Assembly: GCA_038496445.1 (NCBI GenBank)
Contig: JALMLS010000081.1
Coordinates: 62,001 to 126,000 of the forward strand
Length of the DNA: 64,000 nucleotides
Source: Trichosphaerium sp. ATCC 40318
Taxonomy: Eukaryota; Protista; Tubulinea
Reading direction: 5' to 3'
The notes below the pieces were generated by a model. It saw only the letters and a program-made list of their open reading frames with translations. It did no database searches and had not been told where the DNA came from. Position 1 is the stretch's first letter; each line of letters starts with the position of its first letter. Below are positions 53,562 to 64,000 of the stretch, one piece after another. Made by a program: the position numbers and the translations under genes.

Positions 53562-54056
53562 TTACCACCAGACGTATACATGATATTACAGACGATTTTT
53601 GTACCGGCCTTTCAAGAATTTTGTACAATAGCAAGACGTGCTGCCTATGGTGGATCCCTCAAACGTTTACATAGAAGACACGCTAAAGCCTTGAAACAAT
53701 ATTTAACAAAAAAGTTAGAAAAAATAACTAAAAACCTGTTATTTTACTCTTTGTGTATGTTACACCGCTAGTACGAATAATACCACGCAAGCTAGGTCAG
53801 TACATTTCCTTATTAGCGATCAGTTAAAACTATTATTAACCAACTCACCAAAATACCGCAATTTCGAGTCAGCACGTGCGAATCGCAATTTCTGAATATA
53901 AGCACATGTGCATCGGCGCGATCAAGATTCTATTAAGAAAAAAAAGCACAAATGTGACTCGGATTTGAGTGTCTTGACGTTGTTTTTGTATTTAATTTAG
54001 AAGACTGTCGTCAGGCACTACGTAGTTGTACAAAAAAAAAATAGGCTTGGTAGAGT

Positions 54057-57000
54057 TCAAACTGGTTTCGTGCCACTCTGTTCCAAGACGTGTTTTACGG
54101 CTTGCAAGACGCTCAATTTGGGTGTTAAAGCCAAGGCGTTTTTGGCAAGATCCTCAATGTGTAGATTCGTCAAGTGAGCCACGTATCCGTACATCTCACG
54201 ACTGAGTTTGAGCTTGTTCGACATGGCTAATGTGTATCCACACCACTTTTTCATCCACTTTTGAAACTTGGATATCCTTCGAGCAATGGACGACCCTGCG
54301 CACTTGGAAAAATACAGATAGGCGTCATGGGACATTGTCCTGCACTTGGATTCCCTAATTCTCAGATCAGGTGCGTAAACAGGGCGTGTAGACAGGTACC
54401 TGTGTTGTAATCTTTGGAATCTTTCTTGATGTATGCTTTTGATGGTTAAATTGATAACCCTGTTAAAATGTCACACCAGAGTAGTTAATTGCTTCTATGC
54501 ATAAAAGGTTTCTTACCCTTGAGATGGTTGAGGATGCCAAGTACTCGCTTTTTCATAGAAGATTTCACCTGTGCCGTTATCTGTCTCTATGGCAACAAGT
54601 CAGTTTTTACAGCAGTTACAATAAAACTAACCTATTGTGTCCGTGTTTAGAGAGTCAACCAAATCGTCGTCTTCCTCATCTTCGTCTACTGGCAAAACGT
54701 GGCAGTAAGCGTATGCAAAGCAACAATGAAGCCAGAAACGTACAGTCTGTTGTAGTGGTAGCCGCTTCTACAGATTTTGACGCCAGTTTTTTATCCTTTT
54801 TGAGCCGTTTGTGATGTTTTGTAAAGGCCACTATGTACTCCAGCTGTAGAGTTGACTGTGTTAGTGAGGAGCACAAGCATAGGTTGGGTACCTGTCTGAT
54901 CCGGCGCTCATTTGGCCATAGCGCCTCTGCTACAATATCCAACGTCATCTTAACTCCTGTGTACTGCCGAGGAGCCTTGGTATGAGTTTTGCGCTTCGGA
55001 GGAGGAGGAGCAGTGTTGGCACCAAGCAACGAAGAAATTTCCATGGGATCTTCCTTGGGTATTGGTTGTGTTGTTGGTGCTGATTTAACAGGCGACATGA
55101 CAGGTTTAGGAGGAGACTTTGGGACAACCACTGGAGATATAGACGTTGGCGTTGCTGTTGTGGAAGTAGAGGGATGTGCGGGCGTGATGGCTGTTGTAGT
55201 TGCTGGTGTTGTCGGCGGAGCATGTGTTGTTGGTGTAAATGTGGGTACACCCGAAAGAGAGGCTGTAGGCGCAGCAGGTGTCGTGCCAGTTAACACGTCT
55301 CTTGGAGCACCTATTACATTATCTATTTGCATAGGTGCAGGTGGAGGTACTGGAACATTTGTCGGTCCAAGCCCTTTTACGCTGGATTGAGGAGGAACTG
55401 TAGGAGGATTAGGGACTATCATTGGAGATATAGACATTGGCGTTGGGGTCGTTACAGGTGCTGGCGTAAATGCTGGTGGTGGTGTAGTAACAGGTGATGT
55501 TTTAATCACTTTTTGGGGCGCTGGCATTGCTGGTGGAGCTTGACCTGACATAAACGCGGGTGTGCTCGACAGTCCTGTTGTTGAGGTATATGTTGGGGCG
55601 GCTGTTGGTCCATCTGTCAGTATATCTCCTACACTGTCTATTTGCATGGGTGTAGGGGCAGTTGGTGTGGGTGTGGCCATAGTTGGTATTGGTGTATGCG
55701 TTTGTTTGGGTGCAACATCATCAATGGCTTTGGTTGTTAATGCTATTTCCGGTGGTGCATCCGTGGACGTGTAAGCTGGTGTGATTGAAAGTGCAACCGT
55801 TGATGCATGCGATGTTTGTGATACACCATTACCGACTATATTTGGCAAAGGCTTAGCAGACTTTAAAGGAGGTAGAGAAGTTCTTAAAGGAGGCAGAGAA
55901 GTTGCTTTCTTCACATTCGCATTAGCTGTTGTTGCTTGTGCTAATGATTGCGATGCTTGTGCCGCTCGCTGGTTCAAAAACATGAGGAGTGAAGGTGGTG
56001 AAGTTTGCTTTTTGCCATTCCCTTCCACTTTTGTGAACACACTGTCATTGGTCGCCGACTTGATTGGTTGAATACTGACGTTGGATTGCACAGTGCTATT
56101 GCTTCCACTGGTAGCATCTGTAATCGCTGATTGAGACGTAGAGATATCTCCTCCTGTAGCAGTAAAACGAGATAAACCAGGGTTCACAGATGGTATATGA
56201 GATGGATGAGACAGTTGCGAAGGTGAAAGCATGCTAGAAACGCTGACATTTGTGGGCATATTTAAAGGCACGTTCTGTGTGCTACTGGGGCTCTCTGTGT
56301 TGACTTGAGCGGCATTTGAGGGGGTTTGCAAGCCCACGCCGCCATTGATTGTAGAGGTATAGCCTGATATCGGATTGGGTGGTGAAACAGCCGGAGGAAC
56401 GCCCAGAACGTTTTGCGTATGTGTGGCTGTGGCTGTAGGCGTGATCGCTCCACCCACTGGTTTCTGCTGTCGCTGTTGCTGATGCTGTGGCGGCTGTATT
56501 CGCTTTGCCTAATCGCCATGTCAATCTCTTGCTTCAAAAAGGAGCGCTTGGTTATCGTACCACTTTCTGTTGACAGTCTGGGCAAAACCACTGCCCTGTC
56601 GGTATATCAGCTAGAGGTGGGGTCAAGCAGTATATGTGGCACCCCTTATCGCAGTTATCACATAGTAGCATCTTAGGGTCATCGTCTCCCTTCTTGCAAA
56701 TATCGCAGACCTAGATAGGGAATCACTTGAGATATTTATATTTATACGTCAGCAATAGCTGCTTTTGTCTGTATCATGTCTGTCTTACTTGAGAATAAAG
56801 GTTAACCATGCGAAGGTAGTTGTCAACAACAACTCTTGGTAGCCGTATAGCAAGTGGGAGATCCGCTCTCTTGACCCTATTCCATCTGGAATACCTAACC
56901 GGTAAAGCTGATTCTGGGGCGGAAACCGGTTGTGTAGTGATTACTTTCGTAGCAGTTTTAGTAGTATTGGTGGATGGGGTAGGTGGGGCAACTCTCTTGG

Positions 57001-57895
57001 CCTTGGACTTCGGAGAAAGAATAAACTTTCGGAATTTGAAAGGTGTGCCATGTAACACTTCATACGCTTTCGCTAATAGCGCTCTGACATAGTTTCTAGC
57101 TTCCTAAAAGGAATTACTATAAGAAAATCATTCAAACTATGCGACTGCGTCACCTCCTCCAGTAATGTGGCACACTCAGTAGGTGTTAGAGCAGGGTGTC
57201 CAGTGGCATGAAGTATCATAGACATCTCTTTGTCATAATTCAAAATTTCAGTTTTTCTTGCTTGGCTCAGCGTTTTTTCTTTCGTCTTTCGATAGTCTGG
57301 GCGCATAACACGCTGAATACTCAGCTGATACCAATCTTCAACTGAAAGCTCGTTCTAGTCTGCATAAGGGTACCGCGTGGTAGATATACGTGATGTCCAG
57401 AGGTCCACAAAAAGGAAATTTGAAGAGTCTTGTTATTAGCGCGCACTTTAAGATCCTTTAATTCGCGACCCTCGTACTTATCCATCAATGCATCGTTCCT
57501 CTCAAACATAGCATTCAGCCTAAAATGTGGGTGTGCGGCTGTAAAAGGAATGTTAATTATTCTGCACACAACCAAAATTGCTTGGAGATGACACCTACCC
57601 TTGTTGGTGCGTTGTTTCTTCGCCGGCGGTCCATTTAATTGTTCTTGCGGCGCCTACAAAATGGCAGCGAAGTATGCGTTAAAAAAGAGATGCTAAAACT
57701 GCCAAAACACTCTTGGTAGGCATTGTGTATCGATTTGATAGCGTAAAAGGCTGTAGAATCAGATAATTTAAAATTCTCACAGTCGCTTTTAACTAGAGCA
57801 TCGCGTACCTTGCGTTTGGCGCTATCGCCGTATGGTTCTTCACCCTTGTGTTGGGGTTACGTTTTCACATCCAATACTTTGGAACGTACCTCCAT
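54057..57895 (-). CDS. Spt3-like double histone-fold protein with inserted PHD finger and Pro/Thr-rich linker
   Basis: [15 protein letters not shown]...[11 protein letters not shown] (first fold); [45 protein letters not shown] (PHD); [27 protein letters not shown]...[18 protein letters not shown] (second fold). Confidence 0.75.
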
Positions 57896-58051
57896 TTAAT
57901 GTAGAGCTGATCAATACCGTTGACGCATTACCTGCTTCACTGTGACGTGTACGCGGCCTTCACAGCAACTAAAGGTCAACGCGAACTGAACGCGAGGAGA
58001 CTTAGATTTCCGACTTAGCCATTACTTCGATTGCACGTACCAACGATAAAC

Positions 58052-59078
58052 ATGGCTGGATCTGAATACGACTACTTGTTTAAAAGTAAAAATACGTTTG
58101 TAGCTCAAATATTGTCCTCACTCCTTGCGTAGTAGTGCTCATTGGCGATAGCGCAGTTGGAAAGTCCAATCTTTTGTCCCGTACATAATTTTGCTGTATT
58201 TTATTCTTTTTTTACAACGAATCAATCCAACCTCTTATAGGCTTTACAAAGAACGAATTCAATTTGGAGACTAGATCCACCATAGGCGTCGAGTTCGCCA
58301 ACCGCACAATCGAAGTTGAAAACAAAAGGATAAAAGCACAAATATGGGATACAGCAGGTCAAGGTACGCGAACCTAACGCTTATTCTCCTTTGGACCAGT
58401 TCTAAACCTATATAATCACAGAGAGATACAGAGCAATTACAAACGCGTACGCTTCACTACCACCAGCCTGCTTTGCACCTAGAAAAATAATGCCAATTCT
58501 GGAACCTTGGGTTTTTTTGACATGATTGCTTTATAGATATTATCGCGGCGCTCTTGGTGCTCTCTTGGTATTTGACATTACCAACCGCGACACGTTCAAC
58601 CACTGCCAAGACTGGCTAAAAGAACTGCGTGCAAATTGCCCCAACGATATGAACATCGTACTGGTAGCAAACAAGGTGCGTCACATTGTTGTGGTTGGTG
58701 TTGCAACCAGTATAATTTACCAACTGACGAATAACCACTACTCGCAGAAAGACTTGGGTCATTTACGCGAATGCACGGAGAAAGAGGCACTGGATTTCGC
58801 CAAAGAGAACGGTCTAAATTGCATCGAGACCTCAGCACTGGAATCTACTAATGTAGAGAATGCGTTTAAGCAATTACTGACAGGCACGACGCATTCACCT
58901 TGTAGTAATTGTACAACTAAACCATGCGTGTTTTCGTATAGATATTTATCACAGACACAGCACAGTCAAAAGTCAAATGAAACCTGCAGAAGAGCCCGAC
59001 TTGGCGTCATTCCCACTTGGCGAGAAGGATCCGAAAGAAGTCAAGCCAGCCGATGATGACTCTGTTTGCGCTTGTTAA
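58052..59078 (+). CDS. RAB11: Rab11 GTPase
   Basis: [58 protein letters not shown]-terminal CAC. Confidence 0.93.
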
Positions 59079-59184
59079 TTGACTATATGTACATAATAAG
59101 ATATTGATACAACCATAATTCTGCGTTTAGCACGTACCACGTTAAAAACTCGTGTAAAAAAAAACCAACCTTGAGTAGGAGCAG

Positions 59185-59464
59185 TTACATTTCTTCCTGC
59201 TCGCGAGTTCTACAGTCGTATCCCTGGTACAATTCGATAGCTGTCGTTGTAGTAAAGCCTAGAACAAGCGGTATAACGCTCTCTGAATTTTGCGTTAGTT
59301 AACTCAATTTTTAGTACAACAGGCGCACTTGTATAGTACGCTATAGGTGCAGTTAATGCAACGCCTCCAATTGTCCACCAATACGAGATTCTACTTATAC
59401 AATCGTTAATTCGAGCAGTTTGCTGCCTACGTTTGGCTGCTTCGTCTTGCGCTATGTCCGCCAT
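59185..59464 (-). CDS. Small two-exon membrane protein
   Basis: MADIAQDEAAKRR...WWTIGGVALTAPIAYYT spliced to KSVIPLVLGFTTTTAIELYQGYDC. Confidence 0.6.
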
Positions 59465-60079
59465 TTCTGGTGTAAACTAAGTCAAAATCTTTTCAAATGT
59501 CGCCTTCTCCTCTCCTGATACTCACTAATGCCTGTACTAAACGGACACGCAATCACTGTTCTCTATAGCGTTGAAGTGGGCAATGTATCACTTTTTGGGG
59601 TGTGTGCAACCAACATACGCGTACAGTAACTACAAATTACATTATTACGCTATTTTATTGCTTGTTCGTATACAAGAGGGTTGTACGCGTGTAGTTTGCT
59701 TTGTGCGCCTATAACATAGTACAGCAAATGCCCTAGGTATATTGATATCGTTTTTATGTCCCTACAATCAAAAAAAATTATTACTAAAAACCTGTTTTGA
59801 GAACGCCTCAAGAACGCAGTTTAGTGGCCCAAGGAGTACTTTCGCAAAGAACTGACCCGCCCACAATAAATTTTTTGTTTGTTTTGCTCAATTTAAAAGT
59901 CGCATCCCGCCTATGTTTCTCGAAGCGGTGAAGAAATTCATTCCTTAGCTATATGCTTACATGGAATAGTAATAGCATGCTGCCTGCTTAAGGTATCTGC
60001 ATATGATTACAAAGTGTTCCGAGCTTCTATTTTGTTTTTTTTTTGCTTTACAACGCTTGACCATAAATTGTAAGCCAGC

Positions 60080-61829
60080 ATGAAGCACGCAACAGTACTA
60101 TTGGTAATTCTTGGGTTTTGTACACTATTGGCGCAAACGCAAACGGTGGAGTGTGATAGTATGTAAACATTTAACTACATTTTTGCTAATGCAATGCAGT
60201 ATGTAAATTAGCAGTCGCATGGGTAGATAACTCTCTTGAAGACAAATCGACGCAACATACCATTGCTCAACTCTTTGACGCCGCGTGTGATCTCCTCGGT
60301 AGTGAGAGCGCAAAAGTACGCAGTTTTGAGCCACCACGAAAATTTGTTGGCGTTTTACATTCTAGATCAACACGTCTCACAACGCACTGCAGTGCTCCCA
60401 ATTCGTTGCTGCCAACCTTCCCCGCCTATTGGAATTAGTAGTAACCGACATGGCCCCTCAGAGCGTGTGTGCCAAGGTATGCGCTCTCACACGCTTTAAT
60501 GCAATAAGTAATCAGCTACCTAGGTAGATGTTTGCCCAATTAAATCCGTTCAAGCGAACGGCGGTGTAGAATGTGAAGGTGGCGTTTTTACATTTTTTCT
60601 CGTTGCATTTTTTATTTACCTCCTATCTTAGTCTGCAGCATGCTCTTTGATTTCTTGTATTCGGAACTGGACAAAGAGGCAACACAACATGAGATCGAAA
60701 AGCTACTGGACAGTGCTTGTGTAATATTCAAGCCGCTTGGCGAAGAGGACCAAGTATGCCCAAATCGAAGCCAACTCTGTAACGGATACGTACTAACGCA
60801 GGCACCTAGTGTCGCTCCGTAATCGATGCCAACGAACCACAAATTGTTAAGTACTTACAGAGCAAGTACTCACCATCCACTATTTGCACTTTATTGGGCA
60901 CGTGCCATAAAAAGGTGAGCGTTCATGCATGCAATACAGCTTACATTCAATACACGTGCAAATTGTTACATAATTAAAGTTTATTGGATTTAGCTTGGGT
61001 CAATACTGCTACACCATCACAAAGAAAGACTTGGACACACAGACAAAACTAAGAGAAGCATCAGCGACGAAAGCAGTCAAAAGCGCAACTTCCATTTTGT
61101 GCGTATTTATTAAACCAGTCTCCCACCCAGTTAAATACTTGGCAATGTGCATGCACCCATTTACAATCCGTTAGAAGTTTGATTTTGAGTGGACAGACGA
61201 CGATGATGACAAGCAACAGATTAAAGAACAGCCAAAAGAGCAAGTACAACAACAACAACAACCAGTCATCAAACCTAAGCCGACAATGTAAGTTTATATA
61301 TAACTGCCTTGCCCTTGGATTAAATAGGTTGTCATTCTCATTTCACATTACAGCAACCCATTATTGGCAAAACAAATCACACACATTGTAAAGACAAATC
61401 CCCTAACTGCGTGCGTACTACGACCGTTATCTTGTTGTGCAATTGACGTATATCTGATATCTGGTTAAATAGCTCTCCTGATCCGCACCAAGCTTGTCAG
61501 TTCTGTATGTGGGTGATTAGCGCAATTGAAGCCTTCGCTACTGAGAATACCACAGTCTCTGAGTTATCTTCGTTTGTAGAGAATTTGTGCACGTTTTTGC
61601 CATCCGATTACATTGAAACAGTACGCAACAATTACACTTCTCAACGAGCTCACCCTCTTTTTCTTCTAGTGTGTCAACTTTGTGTCAGTGTACACGCCAC
61701 AGTTGATTGAGTTTATCTCACGACGGGTATGTTTCTTTTGTTGTTTGCAAGAGACCAAGCTAGCTAAACCAATCCTAGGAAAATCCACCTAATCTATGTT
61801 CACAAGTGGCAATATGCGATTACAACTAA
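60080..61829 (+). CDS. Prosaposin-like precursor with three saposin B domains
   Basis: Signal peptide; three 6-Cys SAPLIP patterns starting CDICKLAV, CEVCSMLF and CQFCMWVI. Confidence 0.88.
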
Positions 61830-62059
61830 ACCTGCTTTGGGGTTGTACATTGTGAGTATGTTGATTGTTAATAATAAAATTTAACGTTATAACCGACTGT
61901 ATCTACGCCATATGACCACGCAATAGTATCCCACAACGTCGCGTACCAGGGCAGACAAGTTTTTCCTCCCGAATTGGATGGCTTAACAATATTTTCTGGT
62001 CATTCATTGGCACTGCTTTAAAATACCTACATTACGTACAAAACAGCATCGCAGGGAGT

Positions 62060-63870
62060 ATGGGTACATTTTTGAGGTGGGTGTGTCTGATTGTTTTCGT
62101 TTGTGGCGTATTTTCGCAAACCGTAGCTCGTACGTGATTTGGTGTTACTGTAGACAGGTTTTTCCGAATTGCCACACAAACAAACCTTTTTGGTAATTTT
62201 TTTCAAATTTACTGCCGCTTTACTGCGCCGTAACGCAAGTTACATTGCCTGGTAGAACAGGATGTATTGTTGATCCTTTTTGGCTGTTTTAGATGTTGTT
62301 CCGCGTTAAATAGACTAACACTGCATCAGCGTCAGCTAACAAGGCAGAAGATAAGCTAGTGACAGGTGTCGCCATAGTACGTAATTAATTTGTACTAGCG
62401 CACAACATTTCTCTAGGCGGTAGTGGTAGTACTCTTGTTGGCTCTTGGCGGCTTTCTACTGTTTCTATGGCTAAGGTAGGCGTTTGCCAATCTCATTTCC
62501 TCCCCTTTTGTTGACACGACGTGTAGAAATCGGTATTTACGATCTCTAAAAACATACAAGCAAAAATCGGTACAGTCTAACGGTTTTTTTGATGTTACTG
62601 CATTTGTTTTGTCACAGCACGTGAAGTGCTCATAACCACTATTTTACGCACGCACGTGTGGCAAAAATTACGCGTGACACGTGCACTATACAATTACTTT
62701 GGTGACTAATGAAGCTGTAGGAGGAGAAGCTCACAGGCTGGAAGCTCTGGGTTAAAATATTCTTTCAGTTCATTCTCATAGGCACGCTTGTCTTATAGTA
62801 CATCCTCCACGTCAAACTGATTAACTTGCTTTAGAGCTTATCTCATTGGGTGCGCGTTTGCATCGAAAACGGTATTTAGCATAACTTGTCAATAGTTTTT
62901 ACCATCGTGGGGATCATCTCGTTAGAGCAGCGAACAGGTACACTGCAACAGCTTGTGACTTTACGTGTTGTTGTTATTAAAGTTTGTGGTTAGAGGCTGA
63001 ATGGCGAGGCTTGGACATTGGCGCTATACGCATAGCGTTCTACGTCATTAATGTGGGGCTAAAATACCTGTTGTTGATTGCTGGCTATTTGTTGGAATAT
63101 AAATTCACCAACATCAAAATGCACGCGAAACCACTTCTTATCTTTTATATCACCCATGGCGCTAAGCTCTAATCCTTAATCTAGGCGTATTACAGTGTAC
63201 TTGGGATTGCGACCTGATTGGCTAGAGCTACTAGAAGGGTACCTACACATCCATCTAGCTTTATATTTTATTCTGGCTTTCTTTGTGTTATGCTACTGGC
63301 AGAGATGTAACCAACTGTGTAGATTTGTATTCATTCCTTCTGTTATAATAGATGGCTTTCTTGTAAACGCTGAATTCTTTGTTAATGATACTGTGAGCTT
63401 CTTTTCTTTCTATGCATCATGCACTCATCTTTTTTTTTTAAGGGCGATTTATTTGACTACGATTCCATCGTCCTCCTTGTTTTGGATACTATTCTCTACA
63501 TTAAATTCGTCATCATGTTTACACTCCAGCTGCACAGGGCAGAGCCTGTCGGTTATTGGTGGACGTATCATGTGCTTGCTATAATGGTACCTACCGCGAG
63601 TTACTTTAATCTACATAAAGCTGTAGCCCACACAAAAACTTAACTTCTTTTTGGTAGTATTCGTTGCTCATGTTCATCTATAATCTCACCGTTATCTTTT
63701 TACTTGTATTGGTTCATCTCAATGCAATTGAAGAGAGTGGCATGGACGTAACTGTGGACATGTGGCTGGTACGTTATTACCAAGAGTTGATTTGGTCAGG
63801 TCCACTAACTTGGATTATTGCAGCTCATATTCAACGTTGTAGTACACCAATATTTGTCCTCTTACTCTAG
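62060..63870 (+). CDS. Multipass membrane protein, unknown family
   Basis: Many small exons encoding successive hydrophobic helices. The model is approximate. Confidence 0.55.
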
Positions 63871-64000
63871 TATGGTTAATCAAGGCATTACTACATTACA
63901 TAGAGGCTTCAAACAAATGCCAAAGCTTGAGGCAAAGGTACAATATCTCGACTAGCTACTACTATACAGTATAATTTATTTTAACCTTATGGGAAATAGC

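Noticed and set aside
54945-56676. Several overlapping and antisense ORFs
   Set aside because: Shadow frames of the GC-richer Pro/Thr exon.
1-64000. CRISPR arrays, tRNA, rRNA, prokaryotic operons
   Set aside because: No repeat-spacer array or recognisable structural RNA seen by eye, and the DNA is intron-rich eukaryotic. Small ncRNAs cannot be excluded without covariance-model searches.

Overview
Gene-dense, AT-rich eukaryotic nuclear DNA (probably a free-living protist, possibly amoebozoan; this is inference) with many short spliceosomal introns, so the ORF track is fragmented and the gene models below were spliced by hand. About 30 genes: PP2A catalytic subunit, MAPEG, RapGAP, RCC1-repeat, LRR, two F-box, ACSF3-like synthetase, surface proteins (including a tandem pair), CH-domain, SPRY, ankyrin, NH3-dependent NAD synthetase, an atypical Rab, a TIM-barrel protein, RRM-like protein, KDSR, an EF-hand light chain, Spt3-PHD, Rab11, a prosaposin-like protein and a multipass membrane protein. 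There are also two pseudogenes, a piggyBac remnant and two copies of a Tourist-like MITE. The strongest candidate for a new system is the gene at 43306-47833. It joins a probable mitochondrial presequence, seven ~68-aa Trp-rich repeats, a RAP/PD-(D/E)XK-like nuclease fold and a complete minimal ATP-dependent DNA ligase. Two window-wide signals stand out: a roughly tenfold excess of the palindrome CACGTG, and frequent GC-AG introns with a G(T/C)ACGT donor consensus.
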